Below, piece by piece: positions 7,947 through 16,758 of a stretch of 64,000 nucleotides of DNA. Under the pieces are notes generated by a model. It was not told the DNA's origin. It worked only from the letters and a program-made list of their open reading frames with translations, and made no database searches. Origin of the DNA: a virus; the IMG/VR virus record IMGVR_UViG_2871727361_000001, positions 2,590-66,589 of that record; one strand, given 5' to 3'. The first letter of the stretch is position 1. Every line of letters starts with the position of its first letter. Made by a program: the position numbers and the translations under genes.

Positions 7947-9366
7947 TCTCATGCAACCACCGCATAGCCTCGATGCAGAGCAGGCGGTTATCGGTGGCCT
8001 CATGCTGGACGGTGGCGAAGAGCGCACGCAGAAGGTTATGGCGATGCTGAAGTCAGAAAGTTTCTTCAACGCTTCACACGCAATTATCTTCAGCGCCATC
8101 CGCGACCTGTTAGCTCGAAATAAGCCAATCGACCTGCTGACCCTGTCAGATGAGCTGGAAGCTGGCGGAAAGCAATTTGGCGGATTTGCTTATCTGGCCG
8201 AGATGGCAAAGAACACTCCATCAGTTGCAAATCTGACAGCTTACGCTGCCGTGGTACGCGATAAAGCTATGGAGCGTTACGCAATCAGCAAGCTGAGCGA
8301 AGCACTGGAGCTGCTCTACAGCCGCAACAGCATGACAGCCGTCGAAAAGCTGGAGTCGATCACCATGCTTACCACGCAAATCAGCGACTACGCCAAAACC
8401 GGAAAACGCCGCGGGCTGCGTTCTTTTGGCGATGTGATGGACGAGTGGGTGACTGACCTTGAAAAGCGCTTCGATCCGCAGGGTGAACAGCGCGGAATGA
8501 GCACCGGTATTCCGTCGCTAGATCGAATGCTGGCACCGAAAGGTCTGGTCAAAGGCTCGCTGTTCGTCATCGGCGCTCGGCCTAAAATGGGGAAAACCAC
8601 GCTATACAGTCAGATGGCAATCAACTGCGCAATTCGCGAGAAGAAGCCCGCCCTGATGTTCAGTCTGGAGATGCCCGCAGACCAAATTCTGGAAAAGTTG
8701 GTAGGGCAGAAATCAGGCGTTAACCCGAGCATTTTTTACATGCCGGCCACTGATGACGCTGATGCGGAGTACCAAGGCGACTATGACGCTGATTTCGACA
8801 GGGCAATAAAAACAGCAAACCGGATGCGAGAAGAAGACCTGCTGTACATCGACGACACCCCCGGACTGTCTCTGGCGCACATCGTCGCAGAGTGCCGCAA
8901 GGTGAGACGCCAGAAGGGCGCCGTAGGAATGGTATTGGTCGATTACCTGACCCTGATGACAGCCGAGAAGGCCGACCGTAACGACCTCGCATATGGGATG
9001 ATCACCAAAGGACTGAAGAATCTTGCCAAAGAGCTTGGCTGCGTCGTTGTGCTGCTGACTCAGTTGAACCGTGAGCTGGAGAAGCGCGTCAACAAGCGGC
9101 CATTACCAAGCGACTCGCGCGACACCGGGCAGATTGAACAGGACTGTGATTACTGGGTGGGCATCCACCGCGAAGGCGCTTTCGATGAAACCGTTCCGGC
9201 AGGTGAAACTGAGCTGCTGCTGCGACTTAACCGCCACGGCAACACTGGCACCGTGTTCTGTCTGCAGAAGGACGGAGCAATTTATGACATGGACCAGATG
9301 GCGGCGCGTACTGAGCGTGATGCACGGCAGCAGCCAGCCAAAGGCCAGAAACGGGGAGGATTTTGA
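7936..9366 (+). CDS. DnaB-like replicative helicase
   Basis: PPHSLDAEQAVIGG, Walker A GARPKMGKT, VDYL, QLNR, SDSRDTGQIEQD. Confidence 0.96.
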   Translation: MTDNLMQPPHSLDAEQAVIGGLMLDGGEERTQKVMAMLKSESFFNASHAIIFSAIRDLLARNKPIDLLTLSDELEAGGKQFGGFAYLAEMAKNTPSVANLTAYAAVVRDKAMERYAISKLSEALELLYSRNSMTAVEKLESITMLTTQISDYAKTGKRRGLRSFGDVMDEWVTDLEKRFDPQGEQRGMSTGIPSLDRMLAPKGLVKGSLFVIGARPKMGKTTLYSQMAINCAIREKKPALMFSLEMPADQILEKLVGQKSGVNPSIFYMPATDDADAEYQGDYDADFDRAIKTANRMREEDLLYIDDTPGLSLAHIVAECRKVRRQKGAVGMVLVDYLTLMTAEKADRNDLAYGMITKGLKNLAKELGCVVVLLTQLNRELEKRVNKRPLPSDSRDTGQIEQDCDYWVGIHREGAFDETVPAGETELLLRLNRHGNTGTVFCLQKDGAIYDMDQMAARTERDARQQPAKGQKRGGF

Positions 9367-9680
9367 TGGACTACAGCAAACTGAGTGACAACAAAATAAA
9401 CGCAGAAGTGGCGCTTCACTGGCTGGGGAGGGGTAACTTCGGATTAATGAATGGCGCAGTGGAAAAACTTGGTAGAATTTTCGAACCATGCAACAACCCC
9501 GCAGACGCATGGCCGATTATTGTGGCCAACCGCATAGCGTTAATGCCCGATGCCAGTGAGCATGGAGCGCACCAATGGTGGGACGCTCAATCCAGCTGTC
9601 GGGCGCATGGAATTCAGTATCAAGCCAACCCACTCCGCGCCGCGATGATCTGCTACCTGATGATGCAGGAGAGTGAGTGA
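9363..9680 (+). CDS. NinX/DUF2591-like protein
   Basis: MDYSKLSD..IN, PCNNPADAWPII, NPLRAAMICYL. Confidence 0.8.
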   Translation: MMDYSKLSDNKINAEVALHWLGRGNFGLMNGAVEKLGRIFEPCNNPADAWPIIVANRIALMPDASEHGAHQWWDAQSSCRAHGIQYQANPLRAAMICYLMMQESE

Positions 9681-9901
9681 TGAGAAACTGGATAAAGTGC
9701 AGTGAGCGGATGCCTGAAAATGGACAGAAGGTAGTTGCCTTTCACAATGGGTGGGTTAACTGTTTCATCTTTAAAATTGAACATAGTGTCTCATCAAGCA
9801 AAGTATGGTTCGAGCAATACCTGACCGCAGATGTTGAAGTAAATTTAGGCCTGAAAGAAGTAACCCACTGGCAGCCACTACCCCCGCCACCGGAGGAATA
9901 A
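9677..9901 (+). CDS. DUF551-like protein
   Basis: WIKCSERMP...VTHWQPLPPPP. Confidence 0.85.
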   Translation: MMRNWIKCSERMPENGQKVVAFHNGWVNCFIFKIEHSVSSSKVWFEQYLTADVEVNLGLKEVTHWQPLPPPPEE

Positions 9902-9988
9902 TGCACCAGGCATACACAACAGAGAAACTCACAGGGCTGCTGATTATCGCGGCCCTTATTTTTTGGCGCTGGGCGGGGAGGAGAGGGC

Positions 9989-10180
9989 GTGATATTCGCA
10001 AAACTTATAACTGTTGGGTGGATGCTGGCATGGTTCTTTATCATCTTGAGCATAGTTTTCGTCAGAATTAACAGGGGTGCAGGCCTTTTCGGAAGTCTGT
10101 TTGCTTTATTGTTGACGTGGCTGCTTATCGGTCTTGCTCCGGTGGCAATAGCTAAATTCGGATGGGAGTTCATCAGATGA
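9989..10180 (+). CDS. Small membrane protein
   Basis: Two hydrophobic segments, GGAG RBS. Confidence 0.55.
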   Translation: MIFAKLITVGWMLAWFFIILSIVFVRINRGAGLFGSLFALLLTWLLIGLAPVAIAKFGWEFIR

Positions 10181-10264
10181 ACTGGTACACAGCAGAGCTA
10201 ATAACTGGGCTATCGGTGACGGTGGCCCTTTTTGTTGGTGTCAGGAAAACTAACCGGAGGGGTG

Positions 10265-10702
10265 ATGGAGAAAAAAACGTTTTTCCTCCGCAATGAGCAA
10301 GTGCGGCGCAATCTGATAGACGCAATCCTCAAACTCCCGCTTAACGACCATCATCCCATCACAATCCGCATCACCGACTTTGACCGCACTCTTCTGCAAA
10401 ACAGCCTCTTTCATGCCCTGTGTGGCGATGTGGCGCGTCAGGCCGAATGGCTGGGCAAACCGCGCACGCCGGTGCAGTGGAAAACGTTGTTTGTTTCAGG
10501 TCATGCGATGGCTACCGGCATGGGTGCTGAAGTGGTGCCGGGGCTTGAGGGGGAGTTCTGCAACATCAGGGAATCGACGGCAAAGATGGGCATTAAGCGC
10601 ATGGAGAGCCTGATTGAATACTCCCAGGCTTGGGCCGTCGGTAACGGCGTGAAATTTCGGGATGTTCGCTACAGCAATGATTACTTTGGGAGAGCGTCAT
10701 GA
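10265..10702 (+). CDS. ninB: NinB recombination protein
   Basis: RTLLQNSLFHAL, WKTLF, ESTAKM..KRMESLIEY motifs; start set at ATG 10265. Confidence 0.9.
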   Translation: MEKKTFFLRNEQVRRNLIDAILKLPLNDHHPITIRITDFDRTLLQNSLFHALCGDVARQAEWLGKPRTPVQWKTLFVSGHAMATGMGAEVVPGLEGEFCNIRESTAKMGIKRMESLIEYSQAWAVGNGVKFRDVRYSNDYFGRAS

Positions 10703-10887
10703 CAGTGTTCACAGACATCGCAGCGGCGATAGAAGAGGCAATTTGGTTGTCGTCACAGACGCGGCGGAGCCACGCCGTTTATCAGAAAACGGCTCACGAA
10801 ATGGAGGTGAGGATCTGCGACCCGCTGTCGTATGCGATGTTCACTGCGGGGCAGGGTGGGGTTGTTGATGCTGGGGAGGTGGCTTAA
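10699..10887 (+). CDS. Hypothetical nin-region protein
   Basis: 62 aa with ATGA/TAATG overlaps. Confidence 0.6.
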   Translation: MTVFTDIAAAIEEAIWLSSQTRRSHAVYQKTAHEMEVRICDPLSYAMFTAGQGGVVDAGEVA

Positions 10888-11171
10888 TGGCACGGATAAT
10901 GATTGAAATTGAGAGGGCTGTATTAGAGGTGATGCCGGAGATTTTATCAATCAGCTCTTCTGAACTGCTGAAAAGAGTTGTTAGCAAAACCGACGCTAAA
11001 GAAAACACTATCAAATCTACAATCCAGCGCCTGATAGATAATGGCAAATTAATCAGGCTTAACGGTGGCGCAGAGTCGAGATACGCCCTGGGGAATCTTG
11101 GCCTGAAATTTGGCCAGAGCCGGAAAATGATGGTGTTCAATCGGGCTATTTCCGAAGCGAGGCGAGCATGA
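10887..11171 (+). CDS. Winged-helix-like hypothetical protein
   Basis: 94 aa, ENTIKSTIQRLIDNGKLIR wHTH-like pattern. Confidence 0.6.
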   Translation: MARIMIEIERAVLEVMPEILSISSSELLKRVVSKTDAKENTIKSTIQRLIDNGKLIRLNGGAESRYALGNLGLKFGQSRKMMVFNRAISEARRA

Positions 11172-11344
11172 CAAGGAGAAAGAAAAGCGTCACGCAGTTA
11201 GCCCTCGATAACCTGATTTTCCGCCCGACCCGCCGCAGTACAAACAAACCAAAGCCCATCCCGCCAGCTAGCCAGGTAATTTCATTTGATTACGTTCATG
11301 GGCTATTGCAGGCCAAATGGGATCGCATGAGGAGGACGAGATGA
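11168..11344 (+). CDS. ninE: NinE-like protein (58 aa)
   Basis: MTRRKKSVTQLALDNLIFRPTRRSTNKPKPIPPASQVISFDY... Confidence 0.75.
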   Translation: MTRRKKSVTQLALDNLIFRPTRRSTNKPKPIPPASQVISFDYVHGLLQAKWDRMRRTR

Positions 11345-11475
11345 AAGAACAGTGCTGCGCAGACTGTGGAATACCGCTGTCGCCCGATGAGGCGTGGGTG
11401 TGCGATGACTGCAGCGCGTTTTACGCGATATTCCGAGATCCGAATGGTGATATGACTGGAGGGGACGATGGTTAA
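11341..11475 (+). CDS. ninF: NinF-like zinc-finger protein (44 aa)
   Basis: CADCGIPLSPDEAWVCDDC between ninE and ninG. Confidence 0.7.
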   Translation: MKEQCCADCGIPLSPDEAWVCDDCSAFYAIFRDPNGDMTGGDDG

Positions 11476-12043
11476 AGGCAAGCCGCCAAAGCCGAAGAAG
11501 TGTAAAGCCTGCTCTGAGAAATTCATCCCCCGCAACACCCTGCAAACCGCCTGCTCTCCAAAATGTGCCATCCAACTCGCTAAGCAACTCACCCAGCGCA
11601 AGCAACAGCGCGAGGAGAAAGAGCGGCGTGCTGCATGGAACAAGCGCAAGGCCGATGTAAAGCCATTAAGCCACTGGATGAACATGACCCAGCGAGCATT
11701 CAACGACTACATCAGGGCGAGAGACGGAGATATCTGCATCAGCTGCGGCAGTACAACGGCGGTCAGCTATCATGCCGGCCACTACCGAACGACGGCTAAA
11801 GCATCGCAATTGCGGTTCAACGAGGACAACTGCCACAGCCAGTGTTCAGCCTGTAATACTCACCACTCCGGCAATATCGGTCCATACCGCATCAACCTCA
11901 TAGCAAAAATCGGCCCTCAGCGCGTCGAGGCACTCGAAAACAACAATACACCACACCGATACACCAGAGAGGAACTGGAACGCATCAGAGCGCGTTACAG
12001 GGCTTTGCTGCGTGAATTGGTAAAGCAGAGGGAGGCAGCATGA
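11468..12043 (+). CDS. ninG: NinG/Rap endonuclease
   Basis: KKCKAC..CSPKC, CISCG, HAGHY, FNEDNCHSQC..CN. Confidence 0.93.
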   Translation: MVKGKPPKPKKCKACSEKFIPRNTLQTACSPKCAIQLAKQLTQRKQQREEKERRAAWNKRKADVKPLSHWMNMTQRAFNDYIRARDGDICISCGSTTAVSYHAGHYRTTAKASQLRFNEDNCHSQCSACNTHHSGNIGPYRINLIAKIGPQRVEALENNNTPHRYTREELERIRARYRALLRELVKQREAA

Positions 12044-12147
12044 CCTGGCTAAAGAAATTACTCAGCAGATTCCGGCCTATCACTCCAGCAGTGCAGCCAA
12101 CCCATGTGCAGTCATGGGACGCTAATCCGAGAAGGAAGAAACGATGA
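12040..12147 (+). CDS. Small hypothetical protein (35 aa)
   Basis: MTWLKKLLSRFRP..., ATGA overlaps at both ends. Confidence 0.45.
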   Translation: MTWLKKLLSRFRPITPAVQPTHVQSWDANPRRKKR

Positions 12148-12767
12148 GAATCGAAAAAGACTATCAGCAGATTGTCAGGCTTTCCGGCGTGCGCTCTGCT
12201 GCTGATATGCGTCGGTTGTTTGGCAATGGCTGGAAAACCATCAACACCTCTCAGCAGGCATGGATACGACACCTGTTAACAGTGTGGGGTGATCACTTAT
12301 CTGGCGACGAGTACGAGCGCGGGGAAGTTAACGTGATAGGCCGCCTCATGATGCGCTGCGAATGGAGCGAGCAGAAGGCTAGGCAAATTGAAAGGGTAGT
12401 AACAGAGCTTCACTGTGAGGGCTACAGAGGGGAAGAGCTTATGCGCAAGGCGCGCGATATTCTGGTTCCACAATCATCCGCAAGCAACATCATCGCTCTC
12501 GCCAAAGAATCAGATGATGCTGCTTTCATGGAATCAGTAATCGTTAAGACCTTCGGGCGTGACAATCCCCTCCGCTCTGTAGCCAGATTACGATACTGCA
12601 AGCGCAAGAGCGCGCAAAACATTGCTTCAAGTCTGATTTACTTCACCGGCATCACGCCGAAGGAAGCCAGAAACAGAATGGAATGGGCGCAAAATATCCT
12701 TGAAGGAGAATTGTTCTATGCTGTTAAGCGTGAGCGGGAGAAAGAAATTACTGCAATCGCTGCATAA
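12144..12767 (+). CDS. Q: Late antiterminator Q
   Basis: Last gene of nin region, followed by a leader and strong terminator. Confidence 0.8.
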   Translation: MRIEKDYQQIVRLSGVRSAADMRRLFGNGWKTINTSQQAWIRHLLTVWGDHLSGDEYERGEVNVIGRLMMRCEWSEQKARQIERVVTELHCEGYRGEELMRKARDILVPQSSASNIIALAKESDDAAFMESVIVKTFGRDNPLRSVARLRYCKRKSAQNIASSLIYFTGITPKEARNRMEWAQNILEGELFYAVKREREKEITAIAA

Positions 12768-12916
12768 TAGCACAAATTGCTAAAGACAAAGGGCAATAAA
12801 CCTGGCACATTGCATATATGCTCGGGAAGCAAAGCGAACTGAGCGCGGTGATGACGAGGAAGTAAGTAAACGGCGGATATAAGCCCATTGGCATTCAGCT
12901 GAAGCATCACCGTAAG

Positions 12917-12946
12917 AAGCCCTAGCGTAACTGCTGGGGCTTTTTT
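12917..12946 (+). terminator. tR'-like terminator
   Basis: AAGCCCTAGC-GTAACT-GCTGGGGCTT + TTTT. Confidence 0.8.
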
Positions 12947-13031
12947 ATTTGTGCCATATTGTCGTTTTCGACGAAATGGTAACGCAAGCCGATGAGCGGT
13001 CATGAGGAACTGCGGCCCCGGCAAACAATAA

Positions 13032-13108
13032 GCAGCATTGGCTCAATCGGATAGAGCAGCGGAGTTCTAATCCGCCGGTTACTGGTTCGAGTCCAGTATG
13101 CTGCACCA
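13032..13108 (+). tRNA. tRNA-Arg(UCU), phage-encoded, unusual G32
   Basis: 77-nt cloverleaf: GCAGCAT/ATGCTGC, A20, loop GTTCTAA, GGTTCGAGTCC, CCA. Confidence 0.92.
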
Positions 13109-13159
13109 ATTTCAAAGTTCGCCACAGGGCGGCCTTTTTTATTCATAGGAGCATAGTCA

Positions 13160-13423
13160 ATGCTGGCATCAATTAAGGCCGACACCAGCGGCATTGAGAG
13201 AAAACTGCAGGCATTACTTGAAGTGCTTCCCGAACATATTCCTGACCAGTTCGGCAGCATGTTGTCTGACCTGGTCGACAATATCATTCTTGTGAATGGT
13301 ACGCCCGCAGTTGTTGCAGGTGGTTCCTTCGATATCGTTTGTGTCTGTGATTTCAGTGGGACCGCTTACGACGAGGTCATGGCCGCAGCCAGGGCATTTA
13401 AAGCTGACAGTGTCGCTCATTAA
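13160..13423 (+). CDS. Hypothetical protein antisense to zinc-finger gene
   Basis: 87 aa, AGGAG RBS; conflicts with opposite-strand ORF. Confidence 0.4.
   Translation: MLASIKADTSGIERKLQALLEVLPEHIPDQFGSMLSDLVDNIILVNGTPAVVAGGSFDIVCVCDFSGTAYDEVMAAARAFKADSVAH
13214..13420 (-). CDS. Small zinc-binding protein
   Basis: CPGC...CNNC, GGAG RBS before ATG 13420. Confidence 0.7.
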   Translation of the reverse strand: MSDTVSFKCPGCGHDLVVSGPTEITDTNDIEGTTCNNCGRTIHKNDIVDQVRQHAAELVRNMFGKHFK

Positions 13424-13510
13424 ATACTCCATATCTGTAAGGTTATTTTTGGCGATTTAACGATAACAGAAATGGATATGACCAGCCAGAAGCTATCTGG
13501 CGCCAATTTT

Positions 13511-13536
13511 AAGGCTCACTTCGGTGGGCCTTTTTT
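13511..13536 (+). terminator. Intrinsic terminator
   Basis: AAGGCTCAC-TTCG-GTGGGCCTT + T run. Confidence 0.8.
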
Positions 13537-13615
13537 CATATCTGCACAACAGATAAGCCTCCTGACGTGTAATTGCCTGGCAATGAACGCGTGTTGTGAA
13601 ACAGGGGGCTTTTCG

Positions 13616-13687
13616 TTGTGGTGAATGTACCGATGGCGTCGTTACGCGATAGCCGTGAATGCCGGATAGGGGCGACGGTCACCGCAA
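13616..13687 (+). ncRNA. Second C4/CI-like structured RNA
   Basis: TTGTGGTGA/TCACCGCAA closing stem, GGTGAATG motif, 3' GCCG..CGGT hairpin; preceded by long hairpin AAGCCTCCTG/CAGGGGGCTT. Confidence 0.45.
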
Positions 13688-13723
13688 ACCAACATGCCGC
13701 AGGCTTAAGTGGTAATTAGAAAT

Positions 13724-13903
13724 TTAATTTTGCGGTTTTTTCAAAAGAAACAATTCCCAAATTGCGGGATGCATTTTCCTGTCTCCAGCTTCCCAGAACT
13801 GCCAGCTGCGTAACGTGCTGTGTACCAGCTTAGCGCATTGGGACTGAGTAAGGCGAGCCGCAGATCTTGCGGCTCTTATTTCTTCAGGTGATGGGGTTAC
13901 CAC
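13724..13903 (-). CDS. Small XRE-HTH regulator (Aca-like)
   Basis: 59 aa TPSPEEIRAARSAARLTQSQCAKLVHSTLRSWQFWEAGDRKMHPAIWELF; GTG start overlaps upstream stop. Confidence 0.85.
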   Translation of the reverse strand: MVTPSPEEIRAARSAARLTQSQCAKLVHSTLRSWQFWEAGDRKMHPAIWELFLLKKPQN

Positions 13904-14073
13904 GCTACCACCCATTCGCCATCGTTTTTTTCAAAAACAAACATTTCAGCGGCATCTTCGCCATATTCGCTGTTCAGCCAGTTTGCGCATTCAACCGCCT
14001 CTTGCTGAGTGGCAAAGGTTTCATCGTTGTATGCTGTGATAGTTTTGGTTGGGCTTCCGATGATAACGCTCAT
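13897..14073 (-). CDS. Small acidic protein, candidate anti-defence (Acr-like)
   Basis: 58 aa, 11 D/E vs 2 K, RBS AAGGAG, own promoter. Confidence 0.7.
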   Translation of the reverse strand: MSVIIGSPTKTITAYNDETFATQQEAVECANWLNSEYGEDAAEMFVFEKNDGEWVVAW

Positions 14074-14115
14074 TTTTATCTCCTTGCTAAGGCGGTGTTG
14101 CCTTTCGATGGGTAA

Positions 14116-14144
14116 ATAATACGAACAATGTGCGTATTGATCAA
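14116..14144 (-). promoter_or_regulatory. Strong sigma70 promoter with inverted-repeat operator
   Basis: TTGATC-17-TATTAT; IR AATACGAAC-AAT-GTGCGTATT (14118-14138) spans the spacer. Confidence 0.8.
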
Positions 14145-14182
14145 GTAACATTTTTACCTGATAGCACAAATTGCAAACACGC

Positions 14183-14259
14183 GCTCGCATAGCTTAACTG
14201 GTTAAAGCGCCCGGCTCATAACCGGCGGAGTGCAGGTTCAAGCCCTGCTGTGAGCACCA
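14183..14259 (+). tRNA. tRNA with CAU anticodon (Ile2 more likely than Met)
   Basis: Cloverleaf GCTCGCA/TGTGAGC, loop CTCATAA, CCA; paired 1-72 so not fMet; C27-C43 mismatch. Confidence 0.85.
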
Positions 14260-14264
14260 AAAAC

Positions 14265-14290
14265 AAAACCCGCACAGTGGCGGGTTTTTT
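14265..14290. terminator. Bidirectional terminator
   Basis: AAAACCCGC-ACAGTG-GCGGGTTTTTT. Confidence 0.8.
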
Positions 14291-14404
14291 CATGTCTGTT
14301 TCAGGTGTTTTCTTTTCAGTCGCGTGGAAAGATTAACCGGACTCGCTCAGTAAATGATCCAGACAATTCCCAATTTGAACGAGTCCCCTGACGGGGGTGG
14401 AAAC

Positions 14405-14650
14405 GTGAAAACTATGCCTGACAAAATCGCATCGGCAGCCAGCTATTGCGTATCCGGCACATTAGTCTGTGGAGGTAGCGTGTCACAGTGGCTGCATGAC
14501 CTCGACTGGAACCTGGTTGCAGTGATAAGCGGTATCGTGATTGGTATCGCGACATTTATGGTTAATCTGTATTTCAAGCACAGGCAGACCAAAGCATACG
14601 AGCAGGCCCTTCAGCGCGGATACACGCCGGCGCCACCACAGGAGCAGTGA
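14405..14650 (+). CDS. S: Class II (pin)holin with dual start
   Basis: GTG-AAA-ACT-ATG (M-K-T-M) dual-start like phage 21 S; two TM segments, NLYFK motif. Confidence 0.85.
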   Translation: MKTMPDKIASAASYCVSGTLVCGGSVSQWLHDLDWNLVAVISGIVIGIATFMVNLYFKHRQTKAYEQALQRGYTPAPPQEQ

Positions 14651-15138
14651 AAATGGCCGTATCATCGTCCCTGCGGAAAAAGCTGATCGCTGCCGCTGGT
14701 GGCGGTGCGATCGCAATAGCTGCTGTGCTCATTCCGCCATTTGAGGGTGTCGAGCACAAACCATATCAGGATGTCGTCGGTGTCTGGTCGGTTTGTTATG
14801 GGCACACAGGGAAGGACATCATCAAAAGCAAAACCTACACCGAACCCGAGTGTCAGGCATTGCTGAATAAAGACCTGCGAACGGTGGCCAATCAGATTGA
14901 CCCTTTAATTAAGCGTCCGATCCCCGATACCACGCGAGCGGCTCTCTACTCGTTTGCATATAACGTCGGCGCTGGAGCATTCCGCCAGTCAACCCTGCTG
15001 AAGAAAATAAACGCAGGCGACACGGCGGGGGCATGTAACGAGCTACGCCGCTGGACCTACGCGGGCGGACAACAGTGGAAAGGGCTGATGAACCGGCGTG
15101 AGATTGAGCGTGACGTGTGTCTTTGGGGGCAGCAATGA
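14647..15138 (+). CDS. R: SAR endolysin (GH24 lysozyme)
   Basis: Ala/Gly-rich SAR segment, [29 protein letters not shown]. Confidence 0.95.
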   Translation: MKMAVSSSLRKKLIAAAGGGAIAIAAVLIPPFEGVEHKPYQDVVGVWSVCYGHTGKDIIKSKTYTEPECQALLNKDLRTVANQIDPLIKRPIPDTTRAALYSFAYNVGAGAFRQSTLLKKINAGDTAGACNELRRWTYAGGQQWKGLMNRREIERDVCLWGQQ

Positions 15139-15611
15139 GCATCACATCGCGGCTGGTGGCCGTGACAGTTATTTTGCTGATGCTGTGCGCTGTCGGCGCT
15201 ACGCTCGCAGCGCTTCACTACCGTAGCAACGCGATTCAGTACCAGGGCCAACGTGATACTGCGCAAAACAGCCTGGCCGAAGCAACCGCCACTATCACCG
15301 ACATGCAGACCCGCCAGCGCGATGTTGCAGCGCTCGATGCCAAATACACCGGAGAGATTGCAGATGCGAAAGCAACTATCGAAAAGCTGCGCGATGATGT
15401 TTCTGCTGGCAATCGCCGGGTGTACATCAAAGCCAGCTGTCCAGCCAGCTCAGGTGAAGAGACCAGCCCCGGCCGCGTGGGCCATGCTACCACCGCCCGA
15501 CCTGATGACGGAGTTGAGCAGCATTATTGGCGTCTCAGAGAGCAAATCGGAGTCGTCACAAAGCAAGTGAGTTACCTCCAGCAGTACATCAGAGAGCAGT
15601 GCCTGAATTAA
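15135..15611 (+). CDS. Rz: i-spanin
   Basis: N-terminal [26 protein letters not shown]. Confidence 0.9.
   Translation: MSITSRLVAVTVILLMLCAVGATLAALHYRSNAIQYQGQRDTAQNSLAEATATITDMQTRQRDVAALDAKYTGEIADAKATIEKLRDDVSAGNRRVYIKASCPASSGEETSPGRVGHATTARPDDGVEQHYWRLREQIGVVTKQVSYLQQYIREQCLN
15364..15570 (+). CDS. Rz1: Embedded o-spanin lipoprotein
   Basis: Nested frame, lipobox IAGC, Pro-rich. Confidence 0.88.
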   Translation: MRKQLSKSCAMMFLLAIAGCTSKPAVQPAQVKRPAPAAWAMLPPPDLMTELSSIIGVSESKSESSQSK

Positions 15612-15662
15612 CCGAGCCTCGCAATAGCGGAGCTTTTTCACACCAAGAAGACGAAGAAGGAA

Positions 15663-16052
15663 ATGACCATGTTCACTGTAAAAAGCATCATTGATGGCGT
15701 AACTCATATTGCGGAGCAGGAAAGCATCACCATTGCTCGATCTGGCTCCCCACGCTTTGAAGAAATCCTCCGAATGACCAGCAGCCGTTCCAATCCTGAC
15801 TTTGTAATCTTCCTCCCACCAGTCTATGAAGACCCGGAGTGCAAGAAAGCATTACAGGAAGAGGAGTTGATTTTCAGTGAGCGTGACGACGTGCTCGACA
15901 CTGATGCGATTGCGATCCTGATTGAAGATTTCGAAAGCCCTGAACACGCCAGACGAAAAGCATTCAGCGGCCTGCGCTACCAGTTCATCTATCCCGGCGA
16001 CAACGTGTACGTCATGAACTCTCACGGTTCGACAATCGAAACCGTCAAATAA
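15663..16052 (+). CDS. Acidic hypothetical protein after lysis cassette
   Basis: 129 aa, GAAGG RBS, terminator at 16073-16097. Confidence 0.75.
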   Translation: MTMFTVKSIIDGVTHIAEQESITIARSGSPRFEEILRMTSSRSNPDFVIFLPPVYEDPECKKALQEEELIFSERDDVLDTDAIAILIEDFESPEHARRKAFSGLRYQFIYPGDNVYVMNSHGSTIETVK

Positions 16053-16242
16053 AGAGCACCAGAATTAAACAGAGCCTGACTTCGGTCGGGCTTTTTTGTA
16101 CCTGCAGTACCCCTCGCGCATCTCACGCGCAAACCCACGAGAGCTTTTCAGAAAGCGAGCCTGAGAACAGCCGTTAAAGGTGGCGACCTCTCTCGGGCGG
16201 CTTTTCTGTGAGACAGGCTCACTTTCTAAAAGGTAAAACGCT

Positions 16243-16758
16243 ATGAAAGAACTAGCAGTGTTCGATACACCAGTACGCATTGATGATGAAAAATTTATTT
16301 CAATCACCGATATCTGGAAGGCAGCAAAGGCAGCGGGGAGGAATGTAGATAACCTTCGTCCCACTGACTTTCTTCGAAGCCCTGTAACCCGTTCATTTAT
16401 CAATGAGTTAGTAAAAGGTGGAGAATCTACACCATTTAGAATCATAAAAGGGCGTAAGGGTGGAACCTATGTCACTCGGTTCCTGGCATATGAGTATGCT
16501 GGATATATCGATCCCGCGTTCAAGGTCGGCGTTTATACGGTCCTAGATAAATATTTCTCCGGAGAGATGGTCGTAATTGCCAGCTACATGGCAGAAGCCA
16601 ATATGGCAGATCACATCTTCAAAGAAGAATCCGCAGTTGTCAGTGATTGTGCAAGAACAATGAATTACTGGGGAGTGGGGGGTAGAAAGCGCCAGTTGGT
16701 TAACAACCGACAGGAAGCATACGCCAAGCTGCAAATCAATGTGCCAGGGCTTGAGTGA
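16243..16758 (+). CDS. KilA-N domain protein
   Basis: ISITDIWKAA, PTDFLRS, GRKGGTY, YAGYIDPAF. Confidence 0.85.
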   Translation: MKELAVFDTPVRIDDEKFISITDIWKAAKAAGRNVDNLRPTDFLRSPVTRSFINELVKGGESTPFRIIKGRKGGTYVTRFLAYEYAGYIDPAFKVGVYTVLDKYFSGEMVVIASYMAEANMADHIFKEESAVVSDCARTMNYWGVGGRKRQLVNNRQEAYAKLQINVPGLE

